Part shown: piece by piece, positions 49,552 through 63,689 of the stretch | Numbering within the stretch: position 1 is the stretch's first letter | Layout of the letters: every line of letters begins with the position of its first letter | Source: Azolla caroliniana | Taxonomy: Eukaryota > Plantae > Polypodiophyta | DNA length: 64,000 bases | NCBI GenBank assembly: GCA_043228905.1 | Contig: JBHGNT010000006.1 | Location: 5,332,001 to 5,396,000 of the forward strand | Direction: 5' to 3' | Made by a program: the position numbers and the translations under genes | Notes under the pieces: model-generated | What the model was told of the DNA's origin: nothing | Databases searched by the model: none | The model's input: only the letters and a program-made list of their open reading frames with translations

Positions 49552-52500
49552 GGAAACAAAACTTGACCATGAGCTTGTCATAGACCGAGCGTTGCACCAA
49601 AGGAAAGGGGCACAAGGGAAACATTGGAACCTTTTCTAGATAATGTATCAAAAGTAATGAGACAATCATTTGTGCTATATATTCATTGAGGTATCATAAT
49701 ATTCGTACAACAATCAAAGAGGATGATTCAGATTTGGATTGATTCGGGAAGGTTTGTGATCATTGTTGATGTATCTTGTTGTGCCCTTGGCAAAAGCAAA
49801 AGTAAAGGGGGTTGTTTTTGGTGATAGAAGAAGGGAGGCAATCCAATCATTTGTGATGAATGATAGAGGTGATGAGAATAAAAGGGCGTACTCGATGCTC
49901 ATGAAATGTGTCTAAGTTGGTCGAGAGGATTTCCTTTTCATGCATGAGACAATAGTAAATACTGAGAAAGTACAACACTTACATTTAAAATTTATTTGAA
50001 AGTTCATGTATGCCTATCTGATTTTGTTGGCTTTATAAATATTTCTAGCTATCAAGTCCAAAATTTCAATTCTCTATTATTGAGATTGAAAGTTCAACAT
50101 GGGATTAAAATTTAGAACACGTGCATTTAAAAGAGAAAAGATAGAATTGAAAATGATATGTTTTTTGCTTTAGTTCTTTTGTGAAATATGATAGAGTTGA
50201 CAAGTTTTATAAATTTTCTAGACTAGCATTAGCTGTTTTTATTTTGTTTTTTCTCTAGAAAAAACCGTTTCCCATTAGTTAGGTGAATCGCATATACAAA
50301 TCAGGTTATGTACCTAAGTATCTATAGATACTCTACTATTTACGGGTTACTTTCATATATATTTGGCTATCGTTGTGTCACAACGACACCTTAGATAATA
50401 AAAAAGGGGCGGCAATCGTTGTCCACATAACAACAAACGATTGCCTGATAAAACCTGTTATTTTTCAACAAGCATCAATACACATAGAGCAAGCTTCTGA
50501 CTGCAGCTGAACATTGATATCACTGAAAGCAATATGGATGATTTGTTGGCCAGGGGGGTAGAGCTAGTGAGGCAGTTGGAAGCACCATTTCAGATGTCCT
50601 TATTGAAGTCCACCAATTGTGTGGTTTCTCATACTGAGTAAATTGTGCCTATGAGTCGTGATGTTTTCATTCATAAAAGCACCCTTTATAATTTGGCTAT
50701 GCCCACGTAATCTCTTATTTACCCCTTCCATCGTGGAAAACAAATATGGAGAGTTCATGAGTAGGCCTTTATAATGACTTACACTTGTCTTTAGTCACTA
50801 TTGCTCATATCAAGTGCCTCTCATGATATCATTTTGTAGTAATGTTGTTCTTGCTCGTTGTTGGGGATTTGTAAAACCCACCTACTACCGACTTGATTGA
50901 TGTTGCCATCGACATTATTGGGGTGGTATATGTTGTGGTGGGTTTGTGACTCACATGTTTTGGCAATGTTCTATGTTTACCTTGGATCTATGTTTACTTT
51001 CATATGTAAGACATCCTTACATATGAAAGTAAATAAACATGTACACGATTTAATCACAATCAACCTTGCAAGAATAAATGTGACATTGTGGATGCATGTG
51101 CAAAGCATGAATATCATCCAGGGTTTATTCTTTCAATATGGACGTTCAAACATCAAGCATTAACTTTGTGTAATAAAAGACCAAAATTACCAATAATATA
51201 TAAAATATATGTGTTGTACTAAAACCGTATATATGTTCATGGTCATATTTTGTTTCCATGCAACGTCTACTAGCTTTGGTGCACACATGTCTTCAAGATT
51301 ATTATTTATGTGAAGTTCTCCATTTTTACAAGTTTAATCAAACAACGTAGATGAAGTAATTAGCTCCCCTTTCGCGAACACTATTTTATTGCTTTGTTTA
51401 AATGTCACCTAGGTTATGTCGCCAAATGCTCTCTAAATGCATTAACATGTTAGCAATCAATAGCTTACATGTAGAAATTTGAAGGGCATCAATGGACATC
51501 TTAATCGTTATGTCACACAAGCTTTCATATAATTATATTTTTCATTATAGTAGAAGTGGTACATTCTCATTATGAAAAAACATTCCACATATGGTATTTC
51601 ATCAACATAAATTATTGCAGAAAATAGAAATGGTGTACAGACTTAGAGATGGTATGACTATAAAGTCAACATGTTGATTGTTTACATTGTCACCAAAAAG
51701 AGTTCTTCACTGCAAACAATTGTTCGATGCTGATAATGAATGATGTCTTAAACTATTTAATAATTTTTTAGAAGCATGTGAGGACTAAAGGCTTCTTTAA
51801 AATCTAAGCTAATTGTTACAATTTCTATATTTTTATACACAAAAGAGATCATTTTGCTATAAGAAATAAATCACACCAATATACACGGATAACATCATGA
51901 ATGCAATAAATAATGATATTAAAGGGAGAAACAAGTTTTGAACTACATATATAAAGGGAGATGTAATCACCTATTCGGTTTTTTAAACGTCACATGTTTG
52001 TTTTAAATTGCACCTATGTTGATCACAATTTTGTTATCAATTCCATTTCTCATTTAAACTATTTTTTTCATAAAGCACTTTGTCATTCCAAGAAAATAAC
52101 ATAGAAATGACAAAGTTCAAATGGTGTGAAGTTGGCCACAAAGCATGGGAGAGCAACCAATAACATGAACAACGTAGCTATGTATATGTAAATTGTATTT
52201 TTATGCCAGTTGTATAGGACACATGTGATGGCAAAGAGGAAAAAGACAAATATAGTTTCTATGTTATTGTCCTTTAAAGGCCCCATAAAAAAAGACTCAA
52301 TTTGTATCACGAAAGTAAAATATGAGGTTGTGACCACATACATTAATGAGGAATCCACGGAGAAATTTGCGGACAATGTGGAAATTTGGGCAAAAGTTGG
52401 TGGGTTACATAGTGTATGGATGACCATTGTGGCTCAGGAGATTTGGGGGTTTGTGTCACATCGTGATGCAAAGTAAATCCCATCAAGATAATGTATAACA

Positions 52501-55500
52501 AAAAAGGATGGTTGATGCTTTATGAAAGAGAAAGTTGTCAATGTAATCGTTATTTGTTGATAATAAACAAAACATTGTTTGTTTATCCTTAGGACTTGTA
52601 GATTGAAATCATAGACAACAAAGATTAGATGGGGGGTCAGTGCCAATTTTTTAATTATGATGGATATACTAAGCTAGTTATACACAAAAGACAAAGTGCA
52701 TCCAAAAGTCTTACCCTACTCAAAGACCTGTAAAACTCATTGTTTTCATCTTAGGAGTGGTAAGTGGTAACACATCTATCAAGTTTTTCATGAGAATGTC
52801 ATAAAGACTAAAAGTGGAATCTATGAGTTGCAGCTTTGAAAACAAAGAGGTAGTTTGGTAAATATCAAAAAAGGTCAAGGGTATTATGGTGTTCTATTTA
52901 TTGGATAAGAAACTCTTGTTTATAGGCACTAATTCTTACGATAATATTATGTGATATGAGAGTTTAAGACGAACTTAAAAAGGATTTTGCTTCTAGATAG
53001 ATTGAGTCGTGGGAGGGGTTCAAACAAAGACATTAATGAAAGTATTTCGAAAAGCAAAAGAACTAAGAATTATTATGTTTTTTATTTAGGTTAAATTTAT
53101 CATCCCCTGCCCCTTTAAACAACGGTCAACTTAATTTCTTAATGGCATTGGAAAGGAAATCTTGAATCTCAGATATTAGTTTATGTAAGAAAACGGTTAC
53201 GTTCAGAGTTAAAGAGTGTATATGGGGGCGCGGACACGTTAGCAAATTTTTGAGTGATGATGCAACTTACTTTGTGAATGCACATGTTTAAAGTTTGGTG
53301 GGGTGTACATCAATGCACTTAGATGAAGCTTTAAGTAAAGTCACAAGGATGGTTATAATTAACATCCAACACCCATTTGGTGCTCCGATTCAACTTCCAT
53401 AGGACTACAAGTTTGTATATTATTCTAGAAACAAATGGTATTATTGTCTATGTGAGAAATTGCTAGAGTCTAATGTTTGTGTCTATCGAAGCTTAGGTTG
53501 GTTTTGTTAGCCTCATGACTTTTGTTGAAGGATGTATGTATTCACAGTATGTCTCGACATTAATAACAAGATTATATTGGAAAATGAATGATACGGATTG
53601 GTGCCATGATTGAGAAAGCTCAATCATCCTTCTACAATTCATATGCTAAGTATTCTACCCTTTTTAAAGTACTTAGATACATATTCTAAAAATAAAATAC
53701 GTTAAATACTTATTGAAATTTAAAGTTAAAACATTTTCTTATTTTTCATGGAACATTAAATACTTGTTAAATACATAGAATACTTTGAATGCGTGAAGTT
53801 TAGTGACTCTTGATGTTCAAGAAATCAACAAAGTAATTGTACAATTGGCATTGTGCATTTGTGATCGTGGGAGGAATGTGTGTAGGCATAGGATTGAATT
53901 CATTGTGTGGGGAAAGCAAGCTCAAATATGACCTAAGGTGGAGCATCGAGAGATATAGAGTATTGGGAAAAAGAGTAGCTTTTTATGATGGGTATATAGT
54001 GACATTTTAAAGAATGCTAATGGTAGCCAATGTTGCCCCCGAATAGAACCAGAGGGGTAGGTTTCACACCTCTCTTACATTTAGCATGATTGCCAAAAGC
54101 GCAAAATATTGAAAGTTCCACAACATCCATATGTTTTGAATGTTGTATATTAAATGCTTATTTTAAAGGAGAATAAATCATATTAAAAACTCAATGACGG
54201 CTTATGTGATGTTTTATGGGAGAGACTTTTGTTTATAATTTTGGTAGAGTGTGGTCAGTTGAGCACAAATCTCGACTGGCGAGGTCAAATAGGGTACAAC
54301 ATATTGTTGAATCCATGTATCTTTCGCATTATGATATTCTTGGGGAAAGGGAAGATTGCATGCCCCTATGCATTGTCCCTTTCTTTTTCCGTTAAAATGA
54401 CACTTGGAATTATCAAACACCTAAATAAGACATTCACTACATCTAATGTACAACTTATTTATTACTTGACTTATTGGGATTATTATCCTAAACTATTATG
54501 TCAAAACTTACTGTTTTTGGAGTTTGGACATCTTTTCAATATCAGTGTCTAGTAACATGTGCAAAAAGCCTGAAAAGTTGACATCAAATGAATGACTTAG
54601 TTGTTAAGAGATCCATCTGATGCACCTACTATGTAATGACAATTCAATCTTCAACTCAAAATGAACTTCTTTGTTCCATCATTGTAAACAATATAAAAAA
54701 AGGAAGTTGATTACAAATAGTTACAATAGTGACAATGTCACACTATAATCAATACATTGTTGATTACATAGCCCAAAGTGTGACAATATGTTTAGGGCAG
54801 AAACAACTTGGGTGTGAGTTAATGCTTAATAAAGTTTCACAGAAAGTTACTCATCCTTGAAAGCTACAAAGCATATATGTAGTAAAGAAAGGAAGTTTTT
54901 ATTGATTGTCAACCTTGAAACATAATTTGTAGAAAGTGGGTTGGATCCACAAGGACAATAAATCAATTCATATTTTGAATTTCCTACGCTCATTAATCCA
55001 AGTACATAGTAGATCTAACAATTGTTTTTTGCAATTTGTAACATTTGGAGCATGTTTTTAATATGAAGCAAACTCCAATGACTAATAAAGGTTCAACAAA
55101 GCAACAATGAAACCTCGTATACATGTCAAAGCACGAGGTTGTGGAATTGGTTAATAGACACACATATGTATGTTGATCAATCAGAGAGTTGAGAAGATTT
55201 GACAAATTAACTACCTAAAGCATATAACGATATGTATGATCACATCTGTCAATAGGTGCGGTAACTTTCTCACATTATGACAACATCACAAAAAAGATTT
55301 AGTTCATCGATGTTGATTTTGAATAGTAAGATGTTAGAATTGATGTGAAATATTGCCAATGCAATATTCATAGGGCCTCATGTTGGTTCCCACCACGTGA
55401 ATAAAAGGACCATAATATATTTGATTTACATAGCTAGCTATAAAGTAGTGTTCTCTTGCATATCATCTTTTGGAGACATAAACAACTTAGTAAGACAAAG

Positions 55501-56587
55501 GGTTAACAACTTCAATCTAAAGATATGTTGCTTATAACGGTAGGCCTAGTCACAAAGGTGTGTGTAGGAAGGAAATATTGCCTTTAACCCACTTAATGCG
55601 GATGGGTCTTTTGAAATACAAGACATCATATTACAAACTTGCTTTTTGTCTTATTAGTATGATGTGAATTCAACCGAAGGTTGATTTATGGTATATTGAC
55701 AAAAAATCAATACATAATAACCTTCTTCATATATTCTATTAACATAACTCTTCTCACGATAGCTAGTAAATGACTTTTCCCTTTGTCTCCATCACAATTT
55801 GTTTGCTTCATCCCTCTCTCACACACATACGTATGTAAAACAACCAAATAAAATATCGATGTTGTCTCTTCTATATAAAAGACATCTCTTCCAATGGCAA
55901 ATGTTGATTTAATGAAACATGGTCAAAAGTATAAAAGGATCAACCTTAGGATAATTTAGAGTAACTTAATGGCCAATAAATGTGACAATCTTAGAAAACA
56001 ATTGTTTAATTCGTAACGAATTCAAAATAGCTCTTTACGGCACGTTAGAGAAAAGAACTATCCACAAGCCACAATAGAATGGATGATTGGGAATTCAAGA
56101 ATTGAGTTTAGAAACATACATATACAAATACATTACACACACGTACATACCTTCAAAAGCACCTTAAGTTGGGTTAACAAGCATTGATAGGACATATCTG
56201 TCAATCATGATGCTAAGGTGGTAATGTTTGAACTTAAAAAGGGAGCGGAAGATTCATACGTTCCAAGGGTAAAGTATTTAACTAGGAAAAGTTGCATGTG
56301 GTCACATGTTTAAAAGGAATCAAATGGCACCTTTCATGCCAATGAATTGACTTTCTAGATATTGTAAACATTGATTTACAAAGTTGAATTCTTACAAAAT
56401 AATTACCCCAAACCCATCCCTTTGGACATCAAGCCTTATTCATGTCACTCAAACTTATTCGTCTTTCATAACCAAGCCTTATCTTGACAACTCATCGTGA
56501 GATAAATCCACCAACTTCATAATAACTTAAAGAAACATATAGCAAGCATGTTGGTAAAATGAGACACAAATATGCACAAAGAGGAAC

Positions 56588-56628
<41 letters not shown>

Positions 56629-56633
<5 letters not shown>

Positions 56634-56775
56634 GAGTTGGTAAGGTTGCAAGGTTGCCCAACGAAGAACAATTAGTCGTCAGTTCAACATCTAGTGAAAT
56701 AAGAGATATTATGGAATAATAGAATGGTGAGAATTTTGGGTTTTGAACCCAAGATATAGTGTTAGTAGTGTAACA
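56629..56775 (+). mobile_element. SINE-like element, copy 3 (degenerate), directly after (GA)n
   Basis: agttggtaaggttg...gttgcccaa...catctagtgaaataagagatattatggaataatagaatggtgagaattttgggttt matches the reverse complement of 13601-13990. Confidence 0.65.
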
Positions 56776-59370
56776 ACCTACCACTAGGGTAATCTAATTA
56801 TGAATAGAGAAATGGAGATTTTCATTCTCTAGCATCATGATAGTTCAAATACAATCTATAGGACAGGGAAAAGCTCGTGGTGACTGTGAGGATCAAACTT
56901 GGAGTCTCTTTGTTTTACAACGTTCATGATATAGTGTAAGTTGGGAGTGCAATAACTAACGAGAGAATAAACAACTTGTTTAACAAATATAAAAGATGAA
57001 GGTAGTCATGAAATCGAAACTATACGAGAATTAAGAATTTAATCAATATCTTGTAATTTTTCTAGAAGAGTTTAGGGATGTAGGAAAGTTAGCACAATCG
57101 AGGACAATCTATTAAGGGAGTGTATTTATGATTTCTATTTACTACAAATAGGTGAGCTAAGGACTATAGTCAAGATAAGATAAGCCATTGTATTTTTGTC
57201 TACATCCATAAATATTATTTTTTGTATATAACTAATTCCTAGAAGAAGATAAAGTCACTTATGGCTTCATGCAACTTAACAACATAAACATCCTACAAGA
57301 CTATGGGTTTCTCCTTGTAACTATCATCCTCTCACACTTTCAATAAAAAACTCTGTCAAATATAACCGACCAGCCACAAAGGGTAACCAAATTGTGACAC
57401 TAGCACGGGTCACTACCACGTAAAATATCTCCAAAAGAATTGCAATTATACCAAATCTCTATCAATTCTATGGTTGTCTACTTTGTGCCTAGGGTTTAGG
57501 GTTACACACGATCACCTAGTAGACTAATTGATTTACTAGAGAGATAATATCTAAACAATATGCCACATTACTAGAACCACTAAGTGATGGCAATGCGACG
57601 TTGATATATCCCAATTTTTGTTTCAAGGATAGATGTTTTCTCTAGAGGAGCATCTTGGCTCAGAATGTCACATTGGATGATCCATTGAGAAGACAATGTA
57701 TCTAAAATAAAATGTGATTCTTCTATACTATAATCCTTCAACGATGTTACTTGACATCTTACGATACACGATCGCAAGGGTTAGACCCCACATTAGTGCA
57801 TCTTATCTCAACTTTATCATTCAATGCCACCATTAGACGCATACAAGGCATCACTTGATTTCCTTATGTATTATGTCGATGGCATATAATTGGTGCAACA
57901 AATATGCTTTATTATTTGATGGACAAAACATGGTGGTCCAACATGTTTGCTGTTTTTGAAATTGATTGATTGTCTGTGGTACTCTCCATTGCATGTTCTT
58001 TAACCCCCCACATTGGAATGTTGTGCAACAACTTTGTGATCACTTGATTGGTAATTGATCATTGCCATCTAATTACACTCGTAAAAGTTTTACAAGAAGA
58101 GGATGGTTTGCAATCATTGGAAGGCACTCAACAACTTGGCGTTTGCTTATACTTAATGGGCCATCCTCTTACAATAGATGTTACATGCATGGGCCAACGG
58201 TTCTGTGAGAACGACATATCATAAATTTCCTTGTCAAAGATTTTTACTAGGGTGAAATGCAAATCAAATGCCCATGTTGGAAGCTTTTTCACATTACTTA
58301 TGCCCAATGTGCATGCCTTATTGCTCATGGACTTCTTATAATCCCTTTTTCCAATCTAGTTAAGTTGTGACTCTTAAGATTGTTCCTATTTTCACCTTTG
58401 TCAAATGTATATGAGTGAACATGTTTCACAATCCACTAATAGGCTTCTGAACTTCACTTAGACATGATGGAGTTTGCATCTCTTTGGAGCATGCACAATG
58501 TTATACCTTGCTTTAAAAAGATTAAATTTGATATTGATTATCCTTCTCTAATCCAACTTCAAATAGTTTACATTTTTACCCAATGTTTGTTACAAATGTA
58601 AATCATTTGATCATTCACATGTCATCGTTCTACAAAAGATCCGATGGTATAGTGATGCATGATCTTTCACCTCTAATCCTACAATTTCTAGTGGATGATT
58701 GACCAACCAAAGTTGCCACCTCCCCATGATCATCTCTATACCTTTTGCCACCCTTAGCAATTCATATGCTTATTCAAGTAACAAAGGAGAATGCTTGGGC
58801 AATTATATTAAAGGGCGGATGATATTTCTAATTGTTTTTATGAGATAAGAAAACCAAAATTGTCCTTTGTAGGATGTTATGATGATGTTCTCTTTTGTGC
58901 CATATGGAGGAGGGCTTTCCATTAAAAATATACTAAGCTTTTGGCATTGTCATAAGGTTGACTTTGGATTTATCGCCACCATGTATGCAACAAGGATTCA
59001 AATTACGGTCAATGAGGCGAAGATCAAGGCTTAATATTTGGACTTCCCCAAGGAGATCGTTCTTCAACAGTTCTCTTCACACGACTCACGGTTTTGATAC
59101 AATTCAGTGCATCGTCTTTGCCTCGAATCTAGGTGTGGTTTTCAATGTCTCATTAAATCTGCCCATCACAGTTCGCCGATCACGTTTTCTCACCAATGGA
59201 GCTTTTGGGAACTCTACGAACACGCTCTTTCTAAGGTTGTATCACAGAATTTCTTCGGGTTTCTATGTTACTTGCACATGTTATGGGCACTAGCTTCTGA
59301 CATTCTTCACACTTAAAGCACATGACACTTCCGAAGGGCTTACAGTATGATTGATATATAAGTGTTGTTT

Positions 59371-59423
<53 letters not shown>

Positions 59424-59627
59424 GTATATACACACAAAGATGTGTGCAAACTAGGAATTGAACGCGAGACCTTGATATAGATAATGTAAAGAGCTTATGT
59501 GAGTGCGAGTGTGTGTAGGTAGGCCAGGCCCACTTCAAAGAAGACAAAGAATGTTAGTTTTTATGAACAAAAAAACAGTAAAACCAAAGAAACAGAGCTT
59601 TATCATTATAAAGAAGAACCACTCTGT

Positions 59628-59750
<123 letters not shown>

Positions 59751-59874
59751 ACTTTCTTCTTCCAGATCTGATGCACCAGTGAGATCTCTCACAAATGCAG
59801 GTACCGCAGAGATGTAACTAGCTTGCTAGCTTAACCATAACCTCTTGAACAGAATTGAACGGAACCTAGCCAGG

Positions 59875-59925
<51 letters not shown>

Positions 59926-60004
59926 GTGTGTCTGTGTGTGTTAGGGTTCCCCCCTTTTTAATGTTTTTTGCAGGAGGTGAACATAAGAAAAAAGAACGAA
60001 GAGT

Positions 60005-62129
60005 ATGAGTAACTCCAGGTTCATAAAATGTGTGACTGTGGGGGATGGAGCTGTAGGCAAGACATGTATGCTCATCTCTTACACCAGCAACACCTTCCCA
60101 ACTGTCAGTATACTCCTCTCTCTCTCTCTCTCTTGTTCATATTTTCCATCTTTATGCCCCATTTCATCCATATTGGTATGCATCTTTTATATGCAATATG
60201 ATTGCATGTATGTGATAATGCACGTGTGTATGAATGTGTTCATATATGTATGTATATGTCGAATGCATATGGGTGTCATGTATGATTGTATGCCTGCCAT
60301 ATGTAACATGTATATCATAATGTATGTGTGTATAAATGTATGGTCGTATGCCCCAAATCTCATCTCTGTTCTCTTTCTTTCTTCTGGCATATTTATGATT
60401 TTCCAGGACTATGTTCCGACTGTTTTTGACAACTTCAGTGCCAATGTAGTCGTTGATGGCAACACTGTCAACCTTGGTCTGTGGGATACTGCAGGTATGT
60501 AACCCTAAAATTGAAAAAAACCCTAGGAATCCGTGAGCTTCAGATTTTAAAAGCCCTAACATTTAGGAACCCTAAACTTAGAAAACCTAAAATTTGAAAA
60601 TCCTTTGCTGTAAAAACATTAAAATTAAATAAACCTACATGAAAAACTCTAAAAAATCTAAAAACCCTGAACCACAAACCCATTATACCGTAAAGTTAAA
60701 TTCTAATTGGTCATTGGTTCTGCCCATCAATAGGTCAAGAAGATTACAATCGCCTCCGACCACTGAGCTACAGAGGAGCTGATGTTTTCCTTTTGGCATT
60801 CTCACTTATCAGCAAGGCTAGCTTTGAAAACATAGCCAAGAAGGTGTGCATTTTGAAAAATAATCATCAAAAGATGTGTATACATAGTTGTAACCTTAAC
60901 CAGGAATAGGCACCGAACCTAGAAATGGTCTCTGTGACCGAGGCCCTATGTGTGTTATAATTACTCATGCCATCATAATAAGCTTTTCTAATGGAGTGAT
61001 ATTGATTGATTTGCTTTGAACTTAAATTCCTCTTTTCAGTGGATTCCTGAGTTGAGGCATTATGCTCCCGATGTACCAATTGTGCTAGTGGGAACTAAAT
61101 TAGGTTTCTCCACAATCATATCTTTGTATCTTTCTTCTATTTTGGATAAGCTTATCAATTGAAATCATACATGGCTAACTAAGTGTGAAATATCTCCAGA
61201 CCTTCGAGATGACAAGCATTTCTTCGCTGATCGTCCTGGAGCCACTGCAATTAGTACTGCTCAGGCAAGCTCACCCTGCCCCCCCACACACATAGCAATG
61301 CTATAAGCACATCAATCTTTCACATTGGTTGGTGTTTAGGATTGCAAAGAGATTTGCCAGATGAGAATTGATTAGAGTGGTTTATTCTGAGCAGGGTGAA
61401 GAATTGAGAAAGGTTTTGGGTGCAGCTGCCTACATTGAATGCAGCTCTAAAACCCAACAGGTATACATATGTCTGGTCTCACCCCTTGTAAAATTATGAA
61501 CTAAACACACTCACAACTTCCATATATTCTAAGATTATACTTTACTTATTTCTCAACTAAGTGGTTAGATCATGACATGTTCTTTCTCATAGGATTTCTG
61601 ATTGCAACATATGTGAAGAAGAAAGAAAGCATTATGTGGAACACCACATTACCCCTAAACTTTCTTTGTATTTACCGGAATACCCCTATATTTTCAAAAA
61701 CTACCATAATGACCTTGGTCTTCAAAACTATAGTGATATTCAGGGGGTATTTCAGCTATTTATTGAAACTCCTAGTGATGTTTTCCCTTTTAGAGAAAGT
61801 TCAAATGTAGAAACTTAGCAGCATTCTGATTACTTTTCGAAAAATAGTGGTATTTACTTTATATAAAGAAACATGATTAGAGGCTAGCATTCATAGGAAC
61901 TTGATTAGTCTGGCATTTCCATTAGAGATGAACATGATTAGTGTAGCATTAAGCATATAAGAGATAAAACCCTAATCTGAGTCTCATATATTGTGGTATG
62001 CATAATGCTTTTCTCTTTATTTGGCAGAATGTGAAAGCGGTGTTCGACGCAGCTATCAAAGTCGTGTTACAACCTCCTAAACAACAAAAACGTCGAAGAA
62101 AGAAGCAGAGGCATTGTACCATACTCTGA
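60005..62129 (+). CDS. ROP: Type-I ROP (Rho of plants/RAC-like) small GTPase (7 exons, 197 aa)
   Basis: Exons are 60005-60103, 60407-60494, 60734-60843, 61040-61103, 61200-61264, 61395-61460 and 62028-62129, totalling 594 nt. Motifs: [48 protein letters not shown], polybasic tail and CaaL box CTIL. Confidence 0.97.
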
Positions 62130-62954
62130 AGACAGAGACAAGGATTCCTAGTCTCATGTTAAAAGAAGAGCTTTGTGAAGACTATCTTTGAAAGTCAAGG
62201 CTTCATTTAGATACATATATATCTATCTATAGTCTTCACTAGCTCTCTTTACCTGTATTGATTTGACTTGGTGCAGACATTTGAGAGGGAACTATTATAG
62301 TTCTCTCTTTGTTGTATATGTAGTAGAAGACTTGTTTTAACATCTCCCTATTTTCATTGGGTATCACTAACTAGGTACGTACTACATTGGGAAGAATTAC
62401 ATTATGCTATGTTTCAATATTGGAAGTATCTTGCCATTTTTTCCCTTCATTTCTGTCAATATCTCTCTCTCTCATGGGCTCAAATTATATCTCTACTTGT
62501 TACCATTGTTTGCATAACATACCTTTGGCTGAATCCGATTCTTCCACTTGAATGATAAAGCATTACCTCTCCAAACACAATGTGAATAATCCTTCCATGC
62601 ATCTATTTGTGTAGCCCGACAAAGACCAACAGGGCCCAAAGGAAAGGGCAAATGACCCAACAAGGACACTAAAACCTAGTGGGCCAAACCCTGCAAGTAG
62701 AGCAGATGACCATTATGGACACATGGGGTGTATGGATGCTAAACTTAATGTTTGCTTGTAGCCTGAGCAGGTATGTACATATAATAGACAAGCTATTAGG
62801 AGCTAGTTTTATCAAAGGGACAAGCATGTAGTAAGTGGGATTCGAGGCTAACAAAGATTATAAGAGAATTTTCTTTTATCCAATTGCATGCATGTCTGTG
62901 TATTGGGGGGTGGGGTTAGCTTAACATATATCTCACATAGAAACATTCCCTAGA

Positions 62955-63011
<57 letters not shown>

Positions 63012-63446
63012 GAACACCTCGGGTATGCAAAAGCTTTAACTCTATCGGCTAATAGAAAGTTTGACCTCCATATCCATATGTTGTCGAGTATCTCATATTG
63101 TAGATATATGTATGTTTGTTGGATATGCTTTCATTGTATCATCTAATAGAAAGTCAAGAAGATCCGTATGTCATCCAAGTATCTAATCTTATCGATATAT
63201 GTATGTCTTTGTTTACCTATCTTAATCCACTATGAAGGTCAATAGTGTAGTCTAATCATTGTGGATTGCTAAACCGTGTTTTCTTGGTATTTATTGAGGA
63301 TTAGGCAGAGCATGATAGAATAGTGCTATGGGCCGTATAACTTTATTGACAAGCACAATGAGGAGAAGGTGTAATAAGAGTGGGATATGGTGGATTGAAC
63401 ATCATAGCTTATATGTAAAGCACGCACATATACACACATACAACTA

Positions 63447-63495
63447 AGGTTAGGGTTAGGGTTAGGTTTAATGGTAGGGTAGGGTTAGAGTTAGG
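63447..63495. repeat. Short degenerate (TTAGGG)-like tract
   Basis: taaggttagggttagggttaggtttaatggtagggtagggttagagttagg. Confidence 0.6.
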
Positions 63496-63689
63496 TGGGG
63501 CTTATTTAGATGTGAATTTCACAAACTAATGGGCCCAGGGTTCAAATCTCAACTCAACCTACTCTCTTTTGTTCCCTCTCCACGATATATGGGAAATTTA
63601 CACTCGATATAAATGGATCACCCCACGAGAGCCACTCCCATCTAAAATGTTGTACTATAAGGAACACTCTGCACTTCTCTAAGTTATGT

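Noticed and set aside
49552-49700. 3' tail of the RTEX-like LINE resuming after the Copia LTR
   Set aside because: Plausible, but the left Copia junction is deleted, so no TSD or motif supports it.
63447-63495. Evidence of a vertebrate-type telomere or chromosome fusion
   Set aside because: Only two or three perfect TTAGGG units are present; too short and degenerate.
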